A DNA stretch of 64,000 nucleotides, from NCBI RefSeq assembly GCF_964204645.1, contig NC_134030.1, positions 3,576,778-3,640,777 on the forward strand, read 5' to 3'. A program made the position numbers and the translations under genes. Source of the stretch: Tubulanus polymorphus. Its lineage: Eukaryota > Animalia > Nemertea. Shown here piece by piece: positions 1-11,900 of this stretch (its first letter is position 1; each line of letters starts with the position of its first letter). A model generated the notes under the pieces. It searched no databases. It worked only from the letters and a program-made list of their open reading frames with translations, and was not told where the DNA came from.

Positions 1-148
1 TTTAGAAATCTACGTAATATAAAAAATGACCAGCTCCACGCGGTAATGCATTTCATGAATACAATTCCATCTGCATTTTATATATGCCAAAATTCCTATA
101 TACATGTACATTTTTCAATACTTTTAGATATAACAACAGCCTACATAC

Positions 149-289
149 CGGTACTGCTATATCAGCTTTCATGACGGTTGATGATGATAACGTGTCGTGC
201 CTGTTCCCAAAATAGCGGAAAAATCCTCGGCCGCAAATCAACACAACCACGACCAATAAGAGTAAAGGTCCAATTTTATTCAGCTTCAT
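149..289 (-). CDS. First coding exon (signal-anchor) of a probable METTL24-like paralog; rest of gene lies left of the window
   Basis: ATG at 289 gives MKLNKIGPLLLLVVVVLICGRGFFRYFGNRHD...IAVP, then a phase-0 donor CCG|GTATGT at 148. An acceptor-like TTCTTCAGCAG lies just upstream (~313). The segment VVLICGRGFFRYF resembles AVLILGKGFIQRFF in exon 1 of the neighbouring METTL24-like gene, with the same strand and intron phase. Confidence 0.55.
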
Positions 290-547
290 TTCGCTCGTAA
301 GACCCTTAGCCACTGCTGAAGAATAGTAAATCTTGTTCTAAAACGAGTTTGAGACTAGTACAAAGACCCTATCTTTGTACAGGAAAACATATTTTGTAGG
401 TCAGAAGTGATTTCGATATCTACAAAATCGTATGTACACAACCAAAATTCATGAATTTCTGACACAACCGACAGTATGAGCATAGCATATTTACCTATAC
501 AACTCCATATATTTACATGGTAAATTATTCGTAAATAAAATATAATT

Positions 548-576
548 ATCATCATCATCATCATCATCATCATCAT
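548..576. repeat. (ATC)n microsatellite
   Basis: About 9.7 ATC units; explains the poly-Met ORF 355..576. Confidence 0.95.
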
Positions 577-672
577 AATAATAACATATGACCATATATT
601 TCAATAACAACCCACATAATTCAAGGCAAATAATAATCAAGTCATAGAATCTTTTTTATCTTATAGGGATTT

Positions 673-1480
673 ATTGACCCTGTTATTTATTTGATTGGTA
701 TAGATTTCGTTTGGCTTTTTGAATAGTTGTCTCTTACCAACCCACCACACCTGCCGGGAGCGAAACCGTGACGACCAAAAACATATGTGTTTTTCAAACA
801 TTTGATTATAGATAATTACTGCACTTCGATTCTAGATTAAATATGATCGTTTTAAATGCAAGTAACACTTCAAGTATAAAATACATGAGGTTATTGTTGC
901 GCGACCATTGCATTTCAGTAGTGTCACTAAAAGTACAGTTCGGCGTCTGTGCATATGATACCCGTTTCAACCCGTTCCAACTTCCTCTTTTCTGTAGCAG
1001 GAGTTTACAGCTGTTCACTGTAGTTTCATATTGTGTGAGTTAAAGTCAATAGAGCGATTAATTGATATTTCATAAATTTTGCTGAAATCTCCACGGCAAC
1101 GGAAACATAAGTGATTTTGACCAGAGTTATGCCCGACGAACACGGCTTCCATCAAAGCTTCCACAATACCTACGATGAGATGATGTGAAAACTAAATGTA
1201 CTCATGCACAACTGCATGGTGCAACAACTATTTTTTACGCGTTTATACGCGTACTTTACGTTTACCGATGATGGTTGCCACGCACTTTATACTGTATAGA
1301 ATTATGATTAGATTTAATGAATGTGCACCGGCAGCTGTTGAGATAAATAGATATAGCGGTCACCTGGGTTAGCTGGTTTAGCGAACCCCCTGTTTCGCTC
1401 CCGGCAGGTGGGGTGGGTTTGTAAGACACACAGCACAAAAAACCAAACGAGCTACCTATCAAATAAATAACAGGGTCAAT
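673..1480. mobile_element. Non-autonomous DNA transposon/foldback element with ~95-bp imperfect terminal inverted repeats
   Basis: 673-767 (ATTGACCCTGTTATTTATTTGAT...CACCTGCCGGGAGCGAAAC) is the reverse complement of ~1391-1480. No coding capacity inside. Confidence 0.75.
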
Positions 1481-2793
1481 CGCTATTTTACGAACAGATA
1501 GCTGAGTGAATTATTTTTTCGTTTAATTCACTACATCACATAAACTGTACTAAAGAAATATCAAGAGGACGCTCAATGTATTTTTGACACCATAGTGTAC
1601 GCTTAATTCTTATTGTCAAAAATAGAGAGAAATCAAATATATGAAATCGTATAATTGAAATTGCCCTGCGACCTATCACAAATGTGAATGATCGGTGTGA
1701 ATGATCTCAAAGTCTACATTTATATGTCAGTGATAAGACTGATAAGACCATGAACCTAACTACGTACACAGTCTACGTACGATCTTGGAGTATTCCAATG
1801 TAGTCTAGTACGGTACCTAGCCGTTACCTATGGTTACCCGTAAACAACGAAGAAACATAAGAATGATGCTGCAGAATGATGAGCTAAATCTCACTCGCGT
1901 GTGAACTGTTATTGTTATTTCACATATATTAGTATGAGATGTATGATTCGGAAAGAAGCCGTGAAAATTAGTCAATTCTCTCTTCCACTAAGAAGCCTTG
2001 AGGAGACACCTACCTTCCTTACCGTTTTTCCTGTATTCCTCATGTGGCGAGCGGCCGTCAATAATGTTGGGGCGCTGACGATCGTTCATTCGTATTCGTA
2101 CATGGATTGAGGCTCCATCCATCGGTAACTCGTAAAATGAACATCGAGTCGTGAGGATCCGTCCGTGTTGAGAATATCCCAGCCGTCAGTGAGATTTTAC
2201 GGACCCAAACCCGGAGCTGAGATCCACCAGTGGAATGAGTAAAGACCTTGATTTCTACAGTCTCTCATATTCTTCTCCGAATTGGTATGGTTCACACGTG
2301 GTCCTAATCATTACGCATAATATTTGTTAACGTTCACCGGCTAAGGTTTTTGCAGTATCTTTGGCGTTTTGACATCTCTGACACCAATTTATGTTGAAGA
2401 TTTTCAAACTGCATATCTTTGTTACATCAATTAAGCAATTGCATATTGTATATCATCTAATTATCTAGTGACGGTTTTCTTTTCTTATTCATCATTTGTG
2501 ACAAAGCATGAATGATTATATATTCTTGAGATTGTTTTTTGGGAGAGAAAGAGTTCAGCTCCCTTAGTCATCATACATAAAAATATCTTCTTAGCCAGCT
2601 AGCCGTTGGAATAACAGCTGACCATTTATAGTTAGAAATGTCGGTATAGTAATACACTGATTATCATTAATGGGATTTTCCTCTGTATCAGTAGTTTGAT
2701 ATGACGTTGAACCACGGTTCAGGAATGTTTGTCTCTACTGTTAACAAATAAAACCAAACAACAATGTATCGTCAATTTACTTTATGACTTTAT

Positions 2794-5700
2794 TTATTCA
2801 GATATCTTAGTATTCACATAATATATTTCCTGACAGCAGCGTTCATTTTTACCAGTAAGCGAAGAGACGTATGGATTAGCGACGATATTTGTGTGAAAAT
2901 GATATATCTTAAATCCGTAGGCTTCAAGATTATCAAATATAGTTAAATGTCGTCGTATTTCATTCTTATGTTTTGCTTCGTATTCCTTGTTGCCTTGATT
3001 AGCATTATGTATGTGATATTCGACTCCTATTTGTTTAACGCGATTGAAAGTTCCTGCTTTTATCATTTGTTCAAACGTGTCCCATTCGGAGTATTCTACA
3101 TCTATTTTGAAGAAGTCTATAATCCTCTAAAATAGAACAAGAAAACAAACTTGAAAGTTTATCGATGCCGCTTGAAATGAAAATGATTATCAAAATCTAT
3201 CGGAAATGAAACAGAGAGCCGTGAAATATATTCAATTACAAAGTGAACGCCAATATTCGAAACTGAAATTGTTATTTTGAAACGCCAATATTGATGACCT
3301 AGTACACACCGACTCACACAATGAAAACCCAAATGCGTACTGATATAAACGAAGAACAGAGTATTTCACTTCTTGCATGGCGCATTGCACGGAATTTTTT
3401 TTAACTTGGCCCGAATCAGCCCCCATGATTTATACATACTGATGATACAAAAATAACAATGATTTATATGTCTGACTGACATGCAGGCATACGTACATTT
3501 TCGTGTCCCAACGATTTCATAATGCTGTCAACCGTCATCAACTTCCAACCGTTATTATTCGTGAAATCAGTCCCAGACACTCCCAGATTGTGAAACTGGA
3601 TATAATTACCTCGTTTATGATCCTGCTGGTGCATGCTTAAATGATAGACAAGATGAAATATCATGGGCAGCAAAATAGATTATTTATCAGTTGGGATTTT
3701 GTTGATATGAGCATAGCCTATAACTGATCATCTTGGTGTCCCATTGGTCGCAGTGTTCTAAAAATGCTACCAACGTGTGTACTGCAGATTCCGCCTGAAC
3801 TCGGTACTGCACATGTATTATCGAGAATAAGGGGAATGGAGACGGCTTTCCAAATAGATTTTTGTAAAACGTAAGACTAAGGTGATGCTGCATAAAAGGG
3901 TAGATTTAATGTAATTCAAAACCCCTTAGCGACATCTGTGGTTATATTAATTTGATTCACGCATATATCCCCTGACAAGGAAATGATTGAATATGATCGC
4001 AGTTTATACTCATTAGAAAATGTTATTTATTTTGTTACATTGTTTTCATGGATTTAGAATGGAACCGGCCCCAGGAGACATACGCCATCGTTTGATTTCA
4101 ATCTATTTCATATGGTTCTAATGGTTTCGGGGCCGCCACGAAAGGCCAGTTGTAATTAGATGACTGAATAAACGTGTATATAATATTGCACTGTTTCAGA
4201 CTTACGTACGCATTTTAGCGACTGTCGTAAAAGCATCTGATTTCTCAACGTTATACTACATGTCGATGATAGATTTAACGCTTTAATGATTCTCAAAGAT
4301 TACGTATACGGCAAAGGACGCAATTTTTGGCAGGGTGATAAAATTTTAGCCTGGCAGTGTGGCCTAACAAGCCGACCTGCCCTGCTCCGTTCAGAACACT
4401 GCACGTGTTATACACATTTTCGTCTAATTTCCGTTCGTTGGGAACCTTATCACATGTACTTTTTGTGGTTCTGTCCATTTGACATAATAAATAAACGATT
4501 TTATGAATCATTTCATCGTCGATACTTCGATATCGAGTGGATGTCGAGTATTTATCGAACAAAAATCGAGTAGATGAGCGGAAAGCGTCCCTCTGAGAGT
4601 CGATGGCTGCGTACCTGGGATCGAACGAATGTATTTCGCAATTAAATTCTGTCGCTACACTGTCGTCAAATGTGAAGTCATTGTCAATTCTAAAAATAAG
4701 TGTTAAAGAATTAGATATTTGCTAGTATAGCCATTTAATCATCAAGCGTTTTCAACTACTCACAAACATTAAAACAGAAATCTCAGTTCGTTGCAAGTTA
4801 CTAAGAATAGAATGCGGTGGTGATAAATTGTTTTTGATTATCTTTAACTTGTTTATTTGTTAAGTCCAAATAAGTGATGTGAATGAAAATAAACAAATTC
4901 TGTCTTATAAAGCTAATACGAATATGAGTAGATTAGTAATACCCGAATGAATAAACCAGACAATTCCCTTTTCTTAAATTGTATGGTACGTCGAGACACA
5001 TATCCCAACCACCGTCACCGGCATTTCCAAAACGACGCATCTGTTGACAAGTGAAATCTTTATGCAGTATTTTGCTGTAATAGAATATGAAAGTGGAATG
5101 TCGAGGTGCATCATTTGATTCCAATCTATTTCATATGATTCTATAGGTTTTGTTTGAATAAATCTATGGATCATGGATGACGTCGGGACCGCCTCGAAAG
5201 GCCAGTTGTAATCAGATGACTTAAACGTGTGAATGAACGATGAATAAACGTGTATATACTACACTGTTTCCAACTTACGTACCTATGATAAAGTTTGAAC
5301 AACTCGAGATAATCAGTCGGGTAAACCGGCTCCTGTTTCTGTGAATGAATGACATAAAGATGATTAGCAAATAGCCCGCCGTGCAACGAAGGTTTTATGA
5401 TTGAATTTGAGTTGATTAATCTGCTTCTCGTGTGGAAACCCCGGTCTAAACTAGGGATCGTCTCATTTATTTGATCGGGAGATTTGATTTGACTTGATTT
5501 GGATGGTCGGTCGAATTTACATGTTTGTTTAAATCCGAGTATATACTTGGAAAAATTTTCATTTATATGGTTGTATAGATATTGATGCGGGACAGATAAC
5601 GTGCGCCCGTGGAGACCGGGTCCTTCACGGGTGTTCGAATACCGATCGACCTACTGAAGATGCCTCGTGCCAGTTTGGTAGCAAAACTGTAGCAAACAAA

Positions 5701-7817
5701 TATGACGATCGTAAGAAAAATCAAACAAATTTTTAACCTTACTGCGACTATGACTGTATGATGTTTTAGATCTGACAACAGATGGGCAGATATGAAACCG
5801 GCGTTTAATCGAGTGGGGGCATATTGTTTCAACTATAACAACATAACATGTACGAGAAAAATCCCACAATAATTCAGCCAAAGATGTAACGGTTTTGAGC
5901 AAAAGAGTATATATTTTGTGCATCGTTTTTGCTATATAAACTAATAGCCATCCTCAGGCGTCCTGATACAAATATATTTACAAGATACAGCACACTTTGC
6001 TTAATTCGGATCTTTTGGGACCAAGACAAATACTCCTCCCGAGTTGGAGTTTAGAAGATCAAAATCGGTTTTGGTAGTTGCCTATGAAAATCGTTGTATA
6101 CCAGGTCATTTCATTCTAAAATCAAGTATTTTTTGAAGAGGTTCACTTGCTACATTAAATGAAATCGGTATGTCGGTATGTTCGCACGTCCCTATGGCGT
6201 AATGTCGTAAGATTCAATCAGTCCAATATTGGCGGATTAATTCCAAATACCAGTCCAATGTGATAAAGTCTCTGCTGGAACTATTTAATGCTATAATGGA
6301 CTTGAGCCGATTTTTCTACTCTTTGTAGATGGTATTCGATTGATTGATTGATTCGCAGCTTTGTGTGGAAATAATTGCAAACGAACATCTGTTCATGGAT
6401 GAACATATGTTGATATGTACAATGGCTTCTTTTGGGGGATTTCATCGTTCTTGTCGTAGACAGATCTGTCAATAGTCGATGCAACAAAATCAAATAAGCC
6501 ATTCTTATTTGGATTTCTCATTATTTATACCTATGTAAAATACTCGATACACATTGCATGATTTAATTTCTTTACATGGACACGGCGCAGGGAAACACGG
6601 AAACAAGAGACAGAAATATGTTTCCGAGCGTTTCCTTGCGTTGTGTGCGTTCACGAGAAACATGGTTTCGGAAACCAATTTTTCCGAAATTAGATATACA
6701 TGTATGTGTTATTTCCGTGGTTCCCTGCATGCGTGCATTGGGCTTAACGGTCGTTGTTTAACATTTTCGATACACAGCCCATAATAGAAACTGATGATAT
6801 TTCATCATCACAGCTAACGACAGTAGTCTATGTGTGATATGAAATACATGCAATATTGTATTAGTTCTCGTCCATGAAATATTCAGTATTACGTATATCG
6901 TTTTCAGATTCACTGGTCCGATAAAAAGTCCTTCAACATTGAAGAGTTTTTCGATGATTTCGACTTTCAAAAAAAATCAACTGAAAAGTTGGTGTAAAGG
7001 AAAAGCTATGGTACTTCTTTCAGCAGAGTAGCAATACTCAGACGTGGAGAAAAATCAAAAATCAAAAACGGAGGAAACGACGTTTCGAACTCTCTCAGGA
7101 TATCATTTCAGGTGTCATCATAAGTACAATTAAAACCCATACCTATCATAGAACCCATACTGACCATAGAACTTATGATTGATCTGAAAAACATGACGCG
7201 TTATTTCGATAAAAGCAGAGAAATTAGTAAATTATCACATTGGCCACATTCTCGGGTATTTTATACAATGTCCTAGTCGCCATGCGTGCCATTAAATATA
7301 GTACTTGCCTAACTGGGACAAACTGAGACCGGCGAAATTACTCCAATTTAAAGCACAATGCCGTCAGAATTTAGGCTAAAATAAAATGATTCCTTGTTTC
7401 TCCAAATTGGCTAGGCTATTTTGTAAACTGCAATAAAGATCTGTAATCAGTTCATTTCTATAGCAGCCGGGTTTGTTGTTGTTAGTTTGATCGTGATTTA
7501 AAAAAATGTTATGTACATAGGCGGCCGGCCAGGTCTGCTTTAAAGCTCTGTTGGAATGAGAAAGAAGGTATCAATTTTTTCTAGCCTAAGGATCGGAAAA
7601 AACGCTAGGAGGTCAGAATGAATCAGTGAAAAGTCCAGTTGGGTGAGGTTAACTGGTACAAAGTTCAACTGAAATTATGATACGGGATGATAATTACCAT
7701 TATAATTGGGGCTGATATTTTCTGCCGCTCTTCCTTTTGAAAAAATCTTTGGATAAATCCTTTTCCGAGAATCAAAACCGCCAATGCGATGAAAATGAAA
7801 ATCCACGGTTGTTTCAT
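2794..7817 (-). CDS. METTL24-like / Methyltransf_22-type SAM-dependent methyltransferase with N-terminal signal anchor (~284 aa)
   Basis: Exons (minus strand): 7817-7698 (MKQPWIFIFIALAVLILGKGF...), 5338-5283, 5074-4943 (CQQMRRFGNAGDGGWDMC...CLVYSFG), 4689-4615 (IDNDFTFDD...CEIHSFDPS), 3635-3497, 3126-2794 (IDFFKIDVEYSEW...VKQIGVEYH). All introns are GT-AG and phases are consistent (855 nt including stop). GDGGWxxC, VYSFG, FDP and KIDVExSEW are hallmarks of this family. The exon 1 to exon 2 join is the least certain. Confidence 0.85.
4085..4209. repeat. Diverged local copy of intronic segment ~5108-5282, including its 5' splice-donor sequence
   Basis: Shared blocks TTTGATT.CAATCTATTTCATATG.TTCTA, CCGCC.CGAAAGGCCAGTTGTAAT.AGATGACT, GAATAAACGTGTATAT and CACTGTTTC..ACTTACGTAC. 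Confidence 0.8.
6587..6728. mobile_element. Palindromic MITE-like element
   Basis: GCAGGGAAACACGGAAACAA at the left versus TTATTTCCGTGGTTCCCTGC at the right (18/20 inverted match), with internal GGAAAC/GTTTCC repeats. Confidence 0.55.
7074..7112 (-). mobile_element. Possible degenerate Penelope-like-element hammerhead relic
   Basis: Minus strand reads CCTGAAATGATATCCTGAGAGAGTTCGAAACGTCGTTTC. This resembles the CTGA-N-GA...CGAAACGTCG motif of PLE terminal repeats, but the catalytic core is broken. Confidence 0.3.
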
Positions 7818-8459
7818 CGCTGATACTTCGTGTGGAACGAGTTTGTAGCAGCTAATGTGAAAGGGTGTTCGCTCAGCTGGTGTCGCATCGAGCGCATCGT
7901 CCCATCTGTGTCGACTATCAGCGTGATTCTCTGTATCACTGTCGTTGGTATCTTATGCTCGAGTGATATTTCTGTTGAATATCGATGTTACAACCCAGGT
8001 GCCACATATTTTTAACCATAGATTTTTTCTGTGTACACAAAATAACATGATAAATCGTCCGAGGACATTATACATATGTGGTTGAACTGCCAAAGTAAAA
8101 TATTGGTGCAGATGACGACTACTATCATATGATATAAGGTTAATACACTTTTGAAGAAAAGAAAATATCTGCTAATAGGCTTGCTGGTTCGCGGTCAGCT
8201 GCGGTGTCCACAAAAATACTACTTCAGAGTTTTAAATTCAACTGCATTTACAATGGAAAATATTGTGTAAATATGTGTGTAACGTTCTTCTAGTATTTAG
8301 GACGTTAGCTATTAGTCAAAAACCTTGCAGTCTTGGCTAGCTTGTAGTTTAACGCGGAATTTAAATTTTGGTAACCATATGATCGGTTCTTTAAACTGGG
8401 GTTCTCGTAAAATGAAATAAATCGTCTTATCTCCTAGGAAGACTGAAGTTTATTTGCAT

Positions 8460-8966
8460 ACCGGTGCGACGAGCGGTTTTACGCTTTATTAAAAGATGTG
8501 CTGTGTACTCCGGCGAATCCCGACCGATTGAAATCCCCTTAGTTATACATATAAAAATGATAAAGTATGAGGCCTACGTGACTCGGAAGCTTAACACCCG
8601 GATCCTTTCTTTACGACTACGGGCCGGTTTGATCGAAAGAGTAGGCTTACGTTACAGTGAAGAGGTTAAATGCAGTCTTAGTTTTAAATTGAAATAGGGT
8701 GCCAAACCGACGGGGAGAGTCAGTGCTATATTCCAAAGTGACATGGAGAAAAAGCCGACGAGCGGATTTTGGAGCGGAACCTGGCAAGCGAGGATGTGTT
8801 TTACGAGCTCCAGCATGCCGCTCAATATCGCTGTCGAGATAGTTCGAATCCCATTTTATTGAATATCTATTACATCAACACCGTAACAAAAGTGTTAAAG
8901 CGTAAGTATTACATCTGCACCACAACAAATTGCTAAAATCGTCATTGACAACGCTCCTAAATAAAG
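8460..8966. promoter_or_regulatory. Putative bidirectional promoter between the METTL24-like gene and CFAP44
   Basis: Divergent ATGs at 7817 (-) and 8967 (+), with CpG-richer sequence between them. A minus-strand donor CCG|GTATGC at 8461 and an acceptor at ~8029 suggest a METTL24-like 5'UTR exon in this interval. Confidence 0.5.
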
Positions 8967-11900
8967 ATGGAGGACGAGGATAGAAAAGGACAAGAGGAAT
9001 CGATGGAGGATTCTCCTAAACAAGAAGAAGATTCTGGTATGTAGCCAACAGAGGCGTAAAAATGTTTCAGTTTATGACTTTTAAGGTTGAATTCGGCCGG
9101 TTCCATGATTCTTCTGTCTGGTGGCCCAGGGCTCCCAGGCGGTGCTGTCCTTTTTTGCCTTTTTTTTTGGCAGTTTTGCCCTTTTTGCCTTTGGCTTTGG
9201 GCTTGTTAATGTTGGACTTTTTGAGCTCAATCAAGTCAAGACTCATCAGCAGACTGGCTGGGATGACGTATTTTACCGAGATGAACCGAGATGAAATTAA
9301 ATATGACATATTCATTTATTCCTTATCGATTTTTACCATTGAAATCATATTATATCAGTAATAAATGCCTGCTAGAGTCATATTTTACATATTTTGTCGG
9401 ATATTTTTGTAGAAAAATAACTTAACTTTACTGAGATAAGATCGTCGATCAATCAAATTCAATGAAATTTTATTGCTAACCGAGTTTACATATTTGAAGT
9501 CAAAATTTTTTTAAATAAAAAAAATATGAAAAATATGACTCTAGTAGGTATTTATTACTGATATAACATGATTTTAAGTGTTAAAATCAATAAGAAATAA
9601 ATAAATATGCTATATTTCATTTCATCTCGGTTCGTCTCGGTTCATCTCGGTAAAATACGTCATCTCGGTAATAAGGATGACCCCAGGGGACTACCCGTAA
9701 TTCTGCTTGCTCTAGTGCTGTCCTTTTGTCGACACTAGTAATAGTAAATGGCTGTAATTGTTTTCGGGGGATGTATCTGAATGAGATACCTACAACAATG
9801 TTGTGGTACAGCTGAACCTAACGATTCTAAAATTGGGCCAATCATATCGGCCTGTGCCCTGCCATGCCTGGTGACAAAAGGGCCGATTTATTATTCCGTC
9901 ATAAGGCGTAGGCCTATGTAGGGTTTAGTGAGATTTTTTTATTGAGAATCATTGATATTGAATTTTTGTTCACAGTGAAATCTAAAAAACCTACTAAACA
10001 ATCTGATAAACCAGTCGTTAACAGCAGCAAGAGTAAGTTTTCTACCAACAGCATTCATCACTCACTGAGGATCGACTTTCAATTCTCATGTTGAATTTAT
10101 ATTCATGAATTTTCAGAAATCACATTCATAGGCCTATGGCCTAATTGATTCTATACTTTTTTTCTGATGATCAGCTTTTAAGGCAACCAGATCTTTGTGG
10201 GCTGAAATTTACAATGTATTGTGATCCTACCCAGTATACATAAGGCTACAAGAACCAAAATGTGTCTACAGTACCAGTACCGGTATTCTGTTCAATCCTA
10301 TTCAAAGTGCCAGTAAACAAAATGGAAAATTAGGGTTTAGTGTCTAGAGGGTGGGAAGAGGGTCCAGGCTTTATATAGGGTAGGGCTATTTAAGGGTATG
10401 GCTAAAGCCGCGGACACACTGTCCGACTAAATCGCCGAAGGCGATTGCCCGGACACACTGGGCGATCTTACCGGCGATTTCGTCGGGCGATGAAATCGGG
10501 TGACCAAATCGCCCAGTGTGTCCGGGCCTTAAAGTAGTAAAAACTTTGTGGTTCCATCAGTTGCCCCAATGGCTACAATACTGCGCTAGTACTCGCGCAG
10601 TTGTTCGTTTGAACCCCAATTTTCATAGTTTTATTACTTAGAGTTTTGTACCTACATTGTAGAAACCACAATCAGAGTACAGGTACCAGCACTGTAGACA
10701 AAGCGGTTAAAGAATCGGTGCCTGCTGCTGTCGCTATTGGAACATATATTCAGTTAATAGCATAATACTCGCTTCACATCTATGACCATGTGTACTGGGG
10801 GATCACAGTATCACAAATCAGTCCATTGTGCAAGTATCAATTTGTAGTATCCCTGTGAACCACCCTTTGCAGACATTCACTCACCAGTTTTTTTGTGTTA
10901 AATGTAAAATGTCTGGTGTTTGTTGTTCATGACAATCAATTGAAGATATCTCCGGTGAAGTTCTGAACATTGGTAAAGCGTAGACGATCAAAAGTTGAAA
11001 AAATGACGACGATGTAAATGGATCGATGTCTGTAATGTTTCAGGCTGCAGATTGATACCTGCATAAAGTAATCACTCTATTGATTCAATGCGATCGTTTG
11101 TAATGTGAGCACATTTCAATTTCATTCACAAATTCGAAAGTTAATTACCCTTTTCGAATCACGATAACTTTATCAAACTGCAAAAATACACATATATCAT
11201 GATATACAACAGTGTTGATTTCGATGAATTAACCAAATCTTTTGATATTGTAGATGGCTTTGGTGTCTTGTGCTGATTCAAAGCTTTTTGCAATTATTAC
11301 TGATGATATATATAGATTATTTAATGAATATCTTTTACAGCAATTTAGTATAATCGGTCTGTCATATCAATGTCATACGATGCTTTCAGATTATTTAATG
11401 TTAAATTTAAAAAGTGGTATTTCAGCCTACAGCTAATTCTGTCTTTATGTCATTTGTTAGATAAAATACAAATCTTATAATTGATGAAAAATCTTGTTTA
11501 TTTGCTAAAACAGATTCTGTCTAAATTTCCTAATCAGAGTGACGAATAAAATTTAAGCATTTACAATACAGATATTTCATCAAATTGTGAGATTCTTGTT
11601 CATCTAAGACAACATCAGTCATAAAGAGGCACTTAAGGATTTTTACTAAAACATGTTTTGATGTTGAATTAAGTGTAATTTCTGTATTTAGATGCCAGTG
11701 ATGCCAGCGACAGTAGTTCGGGTTCACGTAAGTCAAAAAATTTCCGCCAAGCCACGCATCATCTTCGCGAAGAAGCTCTGAGGCGTTATCGCTTAAAACA
11801 TCAAGCGACATGGAAAGATTATTCACCACCGCAGTCGGCTTCAAAGAGGAAGACAAAAAGCAAAATTGAAACACGGAAAAAATCTGGAAAAACAAAGGAT

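Noticed and set aside
355-576. Poly-Met ORF
   Set aside because: Artefact of the (ATC)n microsatellite.
2000-2350. CpG-rich coding-looking block between the METTL24-like paralogs
   Set aside because: Minus-strand frames contain stops and no recognisable domain. It may be a 5'UTR exon of the left paralog (donor-like sites near 2010-2022), but that is unsupported.
10663-10740. Extra small CFAP44 exon
   Set aside because: The acceptor is plausible but there is no phase-compatible donor.
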